The notes beneath the pieces were generated by a model. The model did no database searches, had not been told where the DNA came from, and worked only from the letters and a program-made list of their open reading frames with translations. The position numbers and the translations under genes were made by a program. A stretch of DNA of 64,000 nucleotides from Camelus ferus (taxonomy: Eukaryota). The stretch covers positions 83,144,001-83,208,000 of the forward strand of contig NC_045697.1 in NCBI RefSeq assembly GCF_009834535.1, in the 5' to 3' direction. Shown piece after piece: positions 25,708-39,192 of this stretch (position 1 is its first letter; every line of letters starts with the position of its first letter).

Positions 25708-25927
25708 CAGTCGACCCTTGGACAATGTGGGGGTTAGGAGTGCCAACATCCCATGCAGTTGAAAATCCACAGATAACTTTATAGTTGGCCTTCTGTATCC
25801 ATGGTTACACATTCTCAGATGCAACCACCCAGTGGACTGTGTAGTATTATAGTACATATTTATTGAAAAAAATCCCCATGTAAGTGGACCTGTGCAGCTA
25901 ACACCTGTGTTGTTCAAGGGTCAACAA
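25708..25927. mobile_element. Tigger2a/MER8-type MITE
   Basis: TIRs cagtcgacccttggacaa / ttgttcaagggtcaac; left flank TA. Confidence 0.9.
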
Positions 25928-26199
25928 CATATTGAATTTTCTCCAAATCTCATCATTTGGATGCCCATCATCTCATTCAGATGCCTCCCAAAAAAAGGCC
26001 TCACACATCACACATTTTTCTAAACAATGTAGTAGTGGTAGGGGCTCTAATTAAATACATGGTTCAGATCTAATCAACTTGACTTTAGAAGGAATCTCAA
26101 ACTTCACTTGCCCACCCAAATTGCCACATAGAGGAAAGAGCTTGGACTCTGATACATGAATGAAACAAAGAAATATTCTGCTTCAATATATATTGTTAT

Positions 26200-27040
26200 T
26201 TTATATACAATGTTGTGACTATAAGTAATAAAATTGATGGGAAACATCAACCAAAAAAAAAACAAAAACAAAAACAAAAATATAACATGGAATCAGGAGA
26301 AAGGACACAAAGCATCAGCACAGGTAACCAAATTACTAGAACTAGCAGATGAGGACTCTGCAACAATTATTACTAATACATGTATATATTTTAATTACAG
26401 GATCAAGTAGACCTAAAAGTTAGCAGATGATGTATTTCAGAAGAAAAACGGAAACTAAGAGTGAAGTAAATGGAAATTATAAAAGAAAAGTATTCTCTAA
26501 AAAATATGTATCTACAAACATCAATGTGAGCTTTAAAGTAGATTAGACACAAAAATACTGATTAGTAAAACTGAAGATAATTCATTAGGTATTTCTAAAT
26601 TAAAGCAAAGAGAAGAAATATTCAAAATAAAACAACAGGTAAACAAAATGTCAGCTACCTGTGCGATTATCCCAAGAGGCAGATCTTACATATAGTTGGA
26701 GTGTCAAATGAAGAGAAGTTGCAGAAAATTTATTTGAAGAAATAAGGGCCTAACTTTTCTAAATTTTACAAAACTAAATCCTAACCCACAGTTTCATGAA
26801 GCTCAATTATCCAGAAGTGTCATAAACACAAAGAAAACCAAACTAAAGCACATTATAGTCAAATTGCTAAAATACAAAGTAAACTATCTTAAAAATAGAA
26901 AAAGAAAAAATTGTATTTAAATGCATCACAGCTAAACAAAAGCAGGCAGTGATTGCTGACTTAAAGAGAGATCAGGAAATAACAGAAAAAAAAATCTTTA
27001 AAGTGAATTGATACTATATAAGAGCTGACAACATAAAAAA
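26200..27040 (+). mobile_element. Old L1 ORF1 remnant
   Basis: 'aagaaaaccaaactaaagcacattatagtcaaattgctaaaa', 'gattagtaaaactgaagata', A-rich. Confidence 0.6.
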
Positions 27041-27052
27041 TAATGACTGCTT

Positions 27053-27053
<1 letters not shown>

Positions 27054-27099
<46 letters not shown>
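27054..27099. repeat. (CA)n microsatellite with one interruption
   Basis: Direct reading. Confidence 0.97.
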
Positions 27100-27100
<1 letters not shown>

Positions 27101-27199
27101 CACTAAAATAAAATAAAAGAGTAAGATTAGGGGTTTCCTTTCAGGAAAAGATTATTTTTAAGAGTAAAGTTTCAGAATCTTCTTCTCTGGAATTTCATA

Positions 27200-27727
27200 C
27201 GTGTAGGCTATTGCCAGGGTGCCATTACTTGACAAGATGAGGACGGTAAACAGCAATCTATGTTCCTCATTAACACCCCCAGACTGTCCTATTGAATATA
27301 GTTCCCTGCACTATACAGTAGGACCTTGTCGTTTATCTGTTTTGTATATAACAGTTTGTATCTGCTAATTCAAAACTCCTAATTTATCCCTCCCCACTTC
27401 TTCCCCCTTGGGCAACCATAAGTTTGCTTTCTGTATACACCAGAAACTAACAACATTGTAAATCAACTACACTTCAATAAATTAAAAAAAAAAATCCTCA
27501 GACCCTCCTACTGCAGGCGAGGTGCCACTGAAGTCTCTCCCTGTGGAAATCCACCTGGAGCAGCACACAGGAAAGCCCTTCCTCTCTGCCAGCACCCTAC
27601 ACTGACAAAGCTTAGCATTTTGCCAGCTAGCAAGGAAGGAACATCTACAGAGTTCAGTTCCAGTATCACAGAGCAAGTAGTTGAGGTTCTATTTGGAGCT
27701 GGAGGGCAATGAGTTGACAATTGGCGT
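27200..27727 (-). mobile_element. LTR41/LTR52-like ERVL LTR interrupted by an L1
   Basis: 'actgacaaagcttagcattttgccagctagcaagg...atttggagctggagggcaatgagttgacaattggc'. Confidence 0.65.
27290..27494 (+). mobile_element. Short 5'-inverted L1 3'UTR insertion (twin priming)
   Basis: 27290-~27434 is antisense L1 3'UTR; ~27435-27494 is the sense terminal segment with AATAAA and poly(A). Confidence 0.85.
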
Positions 27728-28129
27728 AATGGCAATGGGCTGAAAAATATTTTAGAGAATCTTATGTAAAAGTTATTAAAACAGTATCGTCAGCTTTCAT
27801 TAATTTGGAAGGATGAGGACTTAACACATTAAACTATAAGTTAACTTAGCATTTCTCATGTTAAATATTGTTTCAGGAATTGTTGTTTCTCTAAATATAA
27901 ACTTTCACCCGATGGAAGGTAGAAAAGTAATGGTGGGGAATGAAAGGGGCCCTATAAAAAACCTTAATATTTAAGAATACTGACTTTGTACAGAATATAT
28001 TGTAAGTGGGGATCACTCCCACCTCATCTTTTTAAAATACAAGTGAGATATGTCATGCAATTAAAAAGAAAACTGCTTTTAGAATTCATTATACAATTTT
28101 TGCCAAAGTAGTGTGCAAACAAGAAATAC

Positions 28130-28520
28130 TATAAAAAAATCAAATCTATCTAGGTCTTGGGTGATCAAAAACAGTTTATTGAAGGAAAAAAGGCATAAGA
28201 CTCAGGAATAGGAATGTGGAAAAAATAGGGAAATCAAGGGTTTTAACTTGCATATACGAGTACCATTGAGAAGATGCAATGACATTTTGGTTGATCAAGA
28301 GTGAGAAGAGAGAAGATGTAAATAAAAGTTTCAAATTCATCTCTCAGACAATAAGAGACATTCAACATTTTTAAGCAGGAGAATAATATAATAAAAGCAA
28401 TGTCAAGCAAAATAAGCTAGTGATGGTAAGCACCATAGACTGAAATTCAGGGAAAAATAAAAATCCTATGGAAATCATTGCTATAAATAGTGAAGACATT
28501 GGTACTTGAGATTTGGATCA
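28130..28520 (-). mobile_element. L2 fragment
   Basis: 'tttttaagcaggagaataatataat', 'aatcattgctataaatag'. Confidence 0.5.
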
Positions 28521-29434
28521 GAATACTGATTATAAAGTCTTTAGAGTCAGTTCATTATGAAACTATTATAGAAAGGTAAATAAGACATAAATACCATCAT
28601 AGGACTGTAGCTAGTGGAGTTAAACATGTAAGTGTCAGTGACAACAGGGAACCTCGGTTGATTAGAGGCAAACTTCACATATGAACATATTGGCTTAGGA
28701 AACAAAAAGACATAGTGCTTACTTGAACCAACTAAGGTGGAGGCATGTATAGAAAGACACTCATTTAGTTGCCACCACACAGACAGACAGCGTATCTTCA
28801 CAGCTGAAATCATAAGGGATTTGTTTTTAGGAAAACCATGAGAAGTAATGAAGCCTTCCCTGATAACTCTGTTAGGCTGCCATGGGACAAACTACTGTTT
28901 TAATTATCTTTCAGCCATTCAGCTTGACCATGAACAAAGCAATAAGATTCTCTAGGACTTTGCCTTTGTGCAGAGAAATATTAAGTAAATGCTTGATCTC
29001 CCTGAAATATCAGTAAACATATGTCAGCTGTGTGACAACTTAAAGTTTCTGTTGTTCATTATCACTGCTAATGGAAATGTAGCCAGCAATCACACTAACC
29101 AGCAATCACACTAGAATGGTGTTCTTAGCATTAAATTCTACCAAAATACTACCTAGCATGATTTTTTTCTCCTAAATCACAGTGAGTTTATATATATACA
29201 TATATATGTAGGTGGATGTGTGTGGATGTGCGTGTGTGTATACATACATATGTATACATATAAAATGTTGTAAGCTAGGGTTGCGTAATGAATACCCCCA
29301 AAGTTAGGGGAAAAGCCCTGCACAAATGAAGTATTTTTCTGCCTTTTTCAATATTACTTCTGCTATGCAACTTCATAGCGAGAATACTATAGCTCACATC
29401 ATGATTTCCTTTTCCTTCTTACTAGCAAGGATTT

Positions 29435-29750
29435 TTAAAAATAAATGTATTAAGTGATTATATTGTGGCAGTTGCTTTGCTAAATGCTGCAGACACAAAG
29501 ATGACAAAGTCCCTGCCCTCACATTTTAAAGTCCAGGTAGGAGGCTCAAGCAAAAGAATTACAGGAATCTAGAAGAAAACTAAAGAAATAAAACAAAATT
29601 AATAAAGCAAAAACACTTGACTCTGCCTAGAGCAGCCAAGGGAAGTTTCCCAAAGTTGATTTTTGAGTCAAGTCATAGAAGACTGAGGCATCACAGTGGG
29701 GGAAAGATTCTGGGTAGGAAAAAGAGCATATGTGTATAAAGGCAAAGAAA
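29435..29750 (-). mobile_element. L2 3' end
   Basis: 'aaatgtattaagtg...tgctaaatgctgcagacacaaagatgacaaagtccctgccctca'. Confidence 0.7.
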
Positions 29751-29854
29751 TTTTCCTTTATTACATATGTTAGGAATAAAATAGAGAAAGTCAGTCTAAA
29801 ATAATTGGAAAATGTTGCATGTGAGTGTAGCTTAAGAAACTAATTTAAAGTAAT

Positions 29855-29965
29855 ACATATGCATAACTGAATCACTGTGCTATACACCAGAAATTAACCT
29901 TATAAACCAACTATACTTCAATAAATTTTTAAATAAAGCAATACAGTTATTTTTGTTACCAAAAA
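29855..29965 (+). mobile_element. Extreme 3' tip of a cetartiodactyl L1
   Basis: 'ataactgaatcactgtgctatacaccagaaatta...aactatacttcaataaa'; TSD-like tttaaagtaat / tttgaagtaat. Confidence 0.8.
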
Positions 29966-31002
29966 ATATTTTGAAGTAATCTAGTGGTTGGAACTCACGG
30001 TCACATTGGGAGACGGTTTGTGTATACAGGCAGGAAGATAGATTTCAGAAGTGTAGTTGGAAAGGGGAAGAAATGGTTTACTAAGGCAAGTCTGCAGGGA
30101 CAAATAAGATGCATTTCAAATAATCACTTCTTAGGACATACTTCATGATTTAAAATTAAAATGAATATAATGATTGTTGTGTTTGCCTTAATGTAGATCA
30201 ACTGTTCTTGATAAACTGTGTGTTGGTGCATTGTTTCATGCGCTGCTTCAACTGATAGCTGTCCCCATAAGGATATTCATATTTTCTTTGATTTAAGCTC
30301 TTCTTAAACAACTTAAATGCAACGGCTCACTTCACACTACTGTCCCTTTACTCTGCTAAAACTTGGCACTTAAAGGAATGCAGAGAAAAATGTAGATTTT
30401 CATTGCTTAAGAAAACATTCAAGTTCTAGAGACACTTCATTCACCCTCTATCTATTCCTTTGTTTTAAATGTAAGATTTATGGATTATTTAAAATCAGGA
30501 TTTTGCCAGATGATAGGTGGTAGTAGTATTTCCTCTGAACCGAAACTTAATTTTAAATGGAATTAAATGCTTAATATTTTATTTAATTTTGCTTTTTCAC
30601 AATTAAAGTATAAATCAATAAATGTAAAATGCAGTTAATTAATCACTGACGTATGCATGATTTAAGCACTTACTCAACAGAAGGGTTTGTTTTTTTGGTT
30701 TTTTTTCAGACTGAGTGAATTGATTTAACCAATTGTTCTGTCATTTCAGTCAGGTTTTAGAAAGGACAAATATTCTATTGTTAGAATATCCTACTTTTAA
30801 AAAGGCTTAGTCCCTGGAGAAGTGCCTTTGCAAAAGTCCTATTAGCATGTATTATGTAATATCCCTATTTTCTGATAAATTAGAAAAAACAAAAATATGA
30901 TTCACCAAGTATTTATTGGCTCACAACGTTAACCAAGACATCGTACTTTTACTTTCCAAAAGACTATTTACCAAAAACTATGTGTTCCCCATAACAGGCT
31001 AT

Positions 31003-31528
31003 TGTCATAGGGAAGAACAAATCTGATTCCATAATGGATCTGTTTCTTTCACTTCAACCTTTGTATTCTATTGCTTTTGCTATGAGTTAATCACTAAAGG
31101 GATATTTCCTATAGCTTAGAGTACACAGAATGGCCCATCTCCTGGAACCTTGCCTCCTATACTGAGTGTTAAGCTAAAATACCTTTGTTTAGCTCACAGG
31201 AAACAGCCTGACCAGGCCCATCTGTGAATGGCTGCAGGAAAGAAGAAATTAAAATGTTCCCCCAGAATGTGACTGGAACCAGGAAATATTTGCAATAACT
31301 TATCGCCTTTTTTTTCTTTTTTAAACTTTACCTCCTCACCTCTTCCTCTCTGTTCTATAAAAGAAACCAGCATTCAAATCTGGGAAAGATGATTCTTTGG
31401 GATACTAGTCTACCATCTCCTCAATCTGCTGGATTTCTGAAAAAAGTCATTATGCCTTACCCCAACAACTCATCTCTCGATCATTGCTCTGTCATGTGGC
31501 AAACAGTACAGGCTTGGAACTGATAACA
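31003..31528 (+). mobile_element. ERV1-type (MER41-like) solo LTR
   Basis: TG...CA termini, perfect 4-bp TSD CTAT on both sides, TATA-like 'ctataaaag'. Confidence 0.9.
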
Positions 31529-32945
31529 CTATCCCTCATAGCTAAATCCCAACTATTAAAACATTTCAAGTCAAACAAACTTCAGAGTACGTTTTATTTT
31601 TTTAAATTCTCATTATTCCCAAAGTTTTATACCAACATAATAAGCACTTTTTTTGAAGTCTATAAATCCATAGTAATAATTATGCATGCCTAAACTATTT
31701 AATTTATAAAAAGCAAGTAATGACAACATTCATTCTGAAGATGACTTTACTAATAAATATCTTTCTTCATATCTCAGTACCCTGTTTATGCCAACATTGT
31801 ACTCTTTTCTAATTGTACCTATTTAATCATATTTTCTGCCTTAATATTTTACATCTATTTTACATCTATAATAAATTTGAAATTTATAAATAATATACAT
31901 TTATAAATTATATAGAATTATAAACAATTTATATATGTAACAGATACATCATTTTTCTCCTATTAAAGCATTTCTACAAATGACAGGAAAGGCATTATAA
32001 AACTCTTTGCTCTTAGTATCACTGAAATACGTCATGTGACAATGACTGCCCTTTAGCATAAAATCTTATTTTCCTAAAATTATATATATGTTTGCACCTG
32101 TATATGTGTATACACACATATACTCACACATACACCCCATAACTTGTGTAAATAAAAGACTTCCATTTGAGTTTAGTGTCTCCTTACATTTTGCTTTCTC
32201 TTCAGAGACTGAAAGAAATGGAGGGGTGCTCATGTGACTATTTTACAAAATAAATTGAATCATATAGGAAAGAAAATGTAGTCTGTTGCTACTGAGACAA
32301 AGATAAGTGAGGGCTGTGTGGGTTATTGCGATTTGTTAACAAGAAATCACTTGAGTGCTTATTGCATGAAAGGAGCCATACAAAGTACTCAATAGATAAT
32401 CAGACCCATCAGTGGTTTATTTTATCTCTGTGTAAGCTTGGGGATAGGGACCATAATTTGCAAAGGTAGCTTGCATAAACTTTCAGTTCACATTTAGTGA
32501 ACATCTAGTCTGTGGCAGGTCCTATGAAGTCATTAGGGAAGTATATCTGAATCTTGATGATTATTTGTATTTTCCATGCAGTGTGTCAGGTTCCATCCTA
32601 ATACAGCAACAATAAGTTCTTAATAGTGAAAAACATAATTACCACGTAAGTCATATTTCTGTGTAGCTATTTTAAACATACCTGTGTGTCAAATTTCTGC
32701 ACTATCTACCTACCTGCCTAGGTATACTTCATTTACAGAGATAATAACTGCTGAGTATCTAGCAAAATGATTCTGGAGGGAGTAATAAAATTAACAGTAA
32801 AAATAAAAATGTAAAAGTTTCCAAACCACGATAGGTTAGTGGTTCATCTATCTGGGTACGTGATTTCTCAATATTACTGGAAAAAAAAAAGTCAGGTGGT
32901 TTTGATACAGTCACAAATAACATTTTAAAAAATCACTTAATTTTC

Positions 32946-33257
32946 TGACAGAAATGAACTTATTTACAAAACAGAAACAGACTCACAGATATAGAAAACA
33001 AACTTACAGTTACTAAGGGCAAAAGGGGCAGGGGGTAGAGGGATAAATTAGGAGAGTTTGGGGGTTTACAGATACTACTATATACAAACTAGGTAAACAA
33101 GGTCCCACTGCATAGCACAGGGAACTACATTCAATATCTTGTAATAGCCTATAATGAAAAAGAACAAGAAAAGGAATATGTACATATATAAGTGTATACC
33201 TGAATTACTATGTTGTACACCAGAAATTAACACATTGTAAACCATATTTCAATCTTT
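32946..33257 (+). mobile_element. 5'-truncated L1 3'UTR (cetartiodactyl/camelid type)
   Basis: 'aaatgaacttatttacaaaacagaaacagactcacaga...tagcacagggaactacattcaatatcttg'; 18-bp TSD aaaaatcactta(a/c)ttttc at 32928-32945 and 33258-33275. Confidence 0.92.
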
Positions 33258-33816
33258 AAAAATCACTTACTTTTCAATACTGCAAAACAAAATCACTTTT
33301 TATTACACATAATGATACAGATGAGTCAAATATATGGTGCAACTTTAGAAAAATAAATCATGAGCTTCTAATCAGTTATATTTATTATACATAAACAAGT
33401 TTTGATGCATTTAAAAATTGTAAGAAACTAAGAAGTTTTTTTGTTTAGGTTTTTTTTTTTTGGAGTTTAATAAAAACCTGGAAATTTTTGTTAAAGCAGT
33501 GAAATACACTTTGAAGTCTCTCACTCTTAAGTTTTATGGCCTAATTGTAGGAGAGAAACTTCTTGAATTTCATTACTTTTTTTTTGTAAAATACACATGA
33601 TATTTACATATGCATCACATTTCACAGGTCCGTAATCCAAAAAAACTCGAAGTTGATATATATAAAAACACTTTATACTATAGTGATATTTAAATGTAAT
33701 TACCATATTATATGAAATAGAGTGTCTATTTAAAAAACTTTTCTCCATAATACAATTATATACATAAAACAGCTAAAAGTAAGAATTTAAAAGGCAAAAG
33801 ACATTTGACATAATTA

Positions 33817-34244
33817 CAGGCATACCTCAAAGATATTCCAGGTTCTGGTCTCTACCATTCGAATAAAGTGAGTATCACAAAAAGGAAGTCACAAAAATTT
33901 TCTTGTACTCCAGTGCATATAAAAGTAATTTCATATTATACTGTATTAAGTGTGCAATAGCATTATGTCTACAAAACCAATGTATCAATTTAAAAATACT
34001 TTATTGCTAAAAAGTGCTAACCATCATCTGAGCCTTCAGCAAGTCATAATCTTTTTGCCGGAGGATGGTTTGAAATATTGTGAGAATTACCAAAATGTGA
34101 CACAGAGACACAGAGTGAACAAGTATTGTTGGAAAACTGGCACCGGTAAGACTTGCTCAAGGCAGGGTTGCCACAAACCTCCAATTTGTAAACACCACAG
34201 TATCTGTGGAGTGCAATAAAGCAAAGTAAAATGAGGTATGTCTG
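33817..34244 (-). mobile_element. Tigger1 internal-deletion MITE
   Basis: TIRs caggcatacctc / gaggtatgtctg, TA on both flanks; both halves match the ends of the long Tigger1 at 46991-49334 in reverse orientation. Confidence 0.92.
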
Positions 34245-34519
34245 TATAATTTGGTATTCAGAAGTTTTGGTCAAGGTATATTGTTGATAAATCTATTAGA
34301 TGTGTTGACACTTGGTAAGATGTTATATAAAAATTAGGTAAATTAAATTTCAGTATCAATTAAAAAAACAGCATAAGGAATCTATTTTTAATGCCACCCA
34401 CTAGAGCCGTATGAGCAAAAGACTCAGTCATCTGAGTTCCTATAATTAATTTTAATAATTTTTTTTTACTTTTATATAAGCAATTCCAGATTTTAACAAT
34501 TAGGAAAGTGGAGATACCA

Positions 34520-37500
34520 ACCCAACCACTGGCTCCACGAACACTCCACCTCACCTGTCACTCAGACATCAGATGCCATGACTGGTGGCCCCAGCATCAC
34601 ACTGGCCAGGCTATTCCTGCCACCAGAAGGAGTGGCCCACGTAGCCCCTGGTCCCCTGTCATGACTAGATTCCAAACCCAAGTCTTGTGTAACAGCATCT
34701 GATTGATGGAATACAACTCACACATATGGAACACTAGTTACAAAGTACCTGGCATTTACCTTGTCAGGATATGTGGTACAAGATGACCCTCCAGAAGTGG
34801 GTCAGGATGGGTGAGGACCCACCTAACCTACATGCCACACTTCACATCTCTGATGACTTCGCAGGACTCCCAGACTTCTTCCTGTACCTAATGTGTACCA
34901 TGCTAGTAATAACACGTTCCAGCTTAAAATACCACAGCCAGACTGCATAAAATAACAACATCTTCACACTCTTTCCAAAAGGAAAGACCCAATTTCCCAA
35001 TCATGGCATTCATCTCTGAATAATATTCATTGCCCTGGCTTCAGTCACAGTCTCCTCTTAATACCTCTAACCTGTGGGCCCAACTATAAGTTTACACAGC
35101 ACGTACATGTAGCATATGCTCTTGATAGAGAGATTCTATATTACACCACATCTCTCTCTTTTTCTCACAAACATAAATAAGCACACACACTCTCAGAGGA
35201 GGGAGAGAAGGAAGGAAGCAGGGAGACAGACAGACAGGCGGCTATCACACTCCTATACACCTTATTTCTTCACTCTGTCGCAAGGCTACAGCTCGTATTT
35301 ATAACTTCCTTTCTACATTACAACTGCATGTTCCTCCTTTCCTCAGCTTTAAGTTGGATGGACTTTTTGCTTGGTGAAATAAACAAAACATTCATTCCTG
35401 AAAAATGTGTCTTAGTGGCCCTGCCTGAATTATTTTGTTAAAGTCTTTTAATTAACTTTTATTACTGGATGTGACAATTCTAGGATGTTATGGATCCTAC
35501 GTTCCAGACATAGTTCCCTTGTCCAGCTGTGTTACAGCAGTTTTTCCTTCCCTGCGATGATCAGGACTAACCATCAGCCAATGCAATGACTCCCTCTTTA
35601 ATGTTTTCATGACTAGGGGTCATTAGATCTAAGAGTAAAAGCTGTCACTTCCACACCTGCCAGGTGAAGTGTATTGCTTCTAGTATCTTGGAGGGTTTTG
35701 ATGGATAAAACATTTTTAAATCCTGTTGCCACATGCCAGATGACAGAGGTTATGTTGATTTGCTCCAATACAAAGACTGTATATGAAATTGTACTAAGCA
35801 CCGAAAATGCCACCAAAATGATTGTCATTTCTCTACATTCTATCTTGGGCAAACAGGCAAGTAAAATGTGGATGCAGTAGGAATAATCAACATTTCCTCT
35901 TCCAAGATTTTTAGGGTGATATTAATATCTGATTTTCCCCTAAGGAAATACTGACTTTGCTGTATTTTTTCAAATTATTGATTCAAAGCTTTCCCTTCCC
36001 TACTTTAATAGCCCTAACCCTAGGCATCTGGAAGTCAAATAATAAGTCTACCAATTTTGGAGAAAACAGATCACATCCAGGCATGAGGGAAATAAAAAAA
36101 AAAATAGTTTCTGGGAAACACCACACTAAATTTAAAATTGTTCTTAGTCCAAATGTTATCACCTAAAACCCCCTAAATAATGCATACTATATTGACCCTC
36201 ATTAGTCCTCTTAATCACCAAGAACTAGTATTATCTAAAGCCAAAATCTATTATCCTCCCCCGAAGTTCTACATATTTTCCCTTCCCAGGTGCTCATTTT
36301 CTTAATAAGACATTGGCAAATTCACTGACAATCAAGAGAAAGATTTATGGTGTGTACTCGGGTGTGTACCAGGCCTCCCCAGAGGACTTGAGATTCATAA
36401 CCTGACTGAAGACAATGATTAGGTAAGAGGAAAAGACTCTCCATCATTGTGACTCCTATCAAGACTGTCACAAGATTTGTAGTTCATGATGTTGTATGGA
36501 TCAAAAAGGACCTTTTAAGATGGCCTATTTACATCCCAGGGACTCCCTGGTCAGTTGACCATTCCAGTTACTACTCCCGTGCCACTACACTGAATGACAA
36601 CAATTTTTCCCTTTTTTCTGGTTATTAAGTAGGATTGCTGGCCCCTTTCTTACCAATATCTTAAACACCTACATTAAAATTAAGGACCCCATTTCAATAA
36701 TTTATGACAAAGGAGCCAAGAATAAGCAATGGGAAAGGACAGTCACTTTAATAAATGCTGTTGGGAAAACTGGACAACCACATGCAAAACAATAAAACTC
36801 AACAACTATCTTACACCACACATAAGAATTAACTCAAAATAGATTAAAGACTTGAACATAAGACCTGAAACCATTAAACTAAAAACAAAATATAAGCAAT
36901 CCAAATACAGCAATACACTATAAGTGCATAATGATCAATCAGTTTTTATTGGGAATAGATGTATAATTTAATTTAAGAGGTCTCCTTATGAGATTCAGTA
37001 AATTCAAATGTTGAGAGAAAAAAGCCACATGATTATTGGAATTTATACAGAAAAAAATCATTTGGTAATTATCCTAGCAAAATAGGAGCAGAAGAGAACT
37101 TCTTTTAATCTGATAAATGTATCAATAAAAAAACACAGCAAATATCCTATTTATGTATTTATGGATAAAATATTAAAAGCACTCCACTTAAAATCAGGAA
37201 ATAAGGATACTGAATACCGACATTTTTATTCAACACTATACCAAAGACACTGGCCATATAGGATAAGAAAAGAGAAGCAAAATGTAATCATTGGAAAGCG
37301 AAAAAAAAAAACAAAACCTAAAATTGGAGAAAATGTGATTACCTACACAGAAAATATAAGAGGTACTGCCATTAAAACAAAATAGTGGTATACCCAACCT
37401 TTATTACTACCATTACAGCCTTTTTTGAGGATGCAACTGCTTCCCTTTACCATGTATTCTGGATGCCTTGGTAAAAGAAGTACTTTCTGAAAATCATCTT

Positions 37501-39110
37501 GGAAGTGGTTGAGGAAGTAACTCTTGATGAATCCACTGCACCACCCCATCTACCTAATTTATTTAGTCCTTTAATGTCCATTACATCTAAGACTGCCCTG
37601 TCCTCTCTACTCATTCTTTGTAAGCCATCACCGAGTTCTGGATTTCCCTTAACAACCATACAGATGAAATTGCTCCACCATGATCAATTTTGCAAACCGA
37701 ACCCAGAGTCACTGGTTAGCACATTTCATTACAAATTAGTCCCACCTAGATTACATCCTCCCCCTTCCTTATCTAGCACTTAATTTCCACACCTATTTCT
37801 CAGGATTATTAATATAAATTGGGAAGTCTTGAAACTCCATTGGCATTGCAACACTTTTCCTCCTGAATTTGACTTTGTATTAAACCCATGGGACATGCAG
37901 GGATCTGTGTCTAGTAATAGGTCAAGAGATAATAACTGCTGGGAAAGGTACAGTACAGTAACATTTCCTTGCAAGATAATGACTTGCTGTGTGAGCATAA
38001 CAGGATCTCCATAGAACACAGGGTCAGCTTCATATGACAGGGAGAAAGTATGTTTCTGCTACAGAGATACATGAGGGCATTCTGGAGTCAGAGCCCTTAG
38101 AATTATCTAAACCTTCCAATCTGAAGCATCCTACTGTTTCCTAATCAATGCCTTAATCTTTACACAACAAATATGACATTGCTATGAATTTAACCCATCT
38201 GGTGCTTTAGGTGTCAACAAAACCATACATCTGCTTTTAGATAGAGGAGACACACAGCTTCAGTAAGTATACTTTAAAAGAGATCATGGGAAGTACCTCA
38301 TTCTCTGAGATGACTTGAGCTGTGTGAACTCTAACTCTGCTGCTTTCTTTCTCAGAAACTAATACACTGAGAAGCAGACACCTCACCTGGAAATAATACT
38401 GTTCCATGATAGGTCCTACGTGGTCTGCCAAAATCAGGCACTAGTCACTTTGTTTCAAATGACTACAGGTGATCATTTCAGTAACTTTTGTCACAGCAAG
38501 AGACTACCAGCATCCTCCCTTCCAAGATCGGTACTTCATCAGGACAAAACTAAGTCACATAATGTCTTCATTTGCCAGATCCCAAACCTTGAAGAAACAT
38601 GGCTTATAACCAATTCCATGACAAGAATTGTTAAACAGATCTCAGTTGCAGATGACAAAAATGTCTCAAACTATTTTAAGGAGAATGAGCTACTTACATA
38701 CAAAGATGTTAAAAGAACTGGATGAGCATGCCCTAATCTCTGCCTCTAGGAATGACTCCTAGAATGACATGACTGAACTGTGCTTATAAGGAAACTGATT
38801 TTCTATTAAAATCAGGAATATGGGCATCATCAAAATAATATCAAAGGACTGAGCTCCACGAGCAAGATCAGAAAGTTACTGTTAGAGCCGTCAGCTCTAG
38901 TTTACAGTTAACTGAAAGATCTGAACAAGCAAAATGAATCTCACAAACTACTGTGTGTTCCCCTACTTAGTGCCAAAATCAAGTATGTGAGTAAATCTTA
39001 TTGGCAGAATCTCAGCTTTAACTAGAATCTTTACTGCAAGCTTGGAACACAGTCTTTATTTTTTTTTTATAGTCTCCACACTAATGGTAAATACACTAGC
39101 AGATATGGTA
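34520..39110 (-). mobile_element. Degraded ERVL/MaLR provirus: LTR - internal (gag- and dUTPase-like) - LTR
   Basis: Minus strand ~37400-37490 reads ESTSFTKASR / MVKG / AVASSKKAVMV across frameshifts, like ERVL gag; ~35525-35595 resembles the ERVL dUTPase-like GVTVLAGVIDPD segment; LTR-like blocks at ~34520-34840 and ~38590-39110. Confidence 0.65.
36680..37380 (+). mobile_element. L1 ORF2 fragments inserted in the ERVL/MaLR internal region
   Basis: 'atttatgacaaaggagccaagaata...aaatgctgttgggaaaactggaca' followed by an RT-region piece 'ccacttaaaatcaggaa...ttttattcaaca'. Confidence 0.8.
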
Positions 39111-39192
39111 CCATATTCTTGATCAAGACAGCCTCCTGAAATCTACAATCACCAGCAATCTAGAGTCAGCTGAAGCCATGACCCTGTCACTT

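Noticed and set aside
29083..29114. 16-bp tandem duplication ccagcaatcacacta(a/g)
   Set aside because: Ordinary slippage duplication; similar ones occur at ~20115-20157 and ~31847-31869
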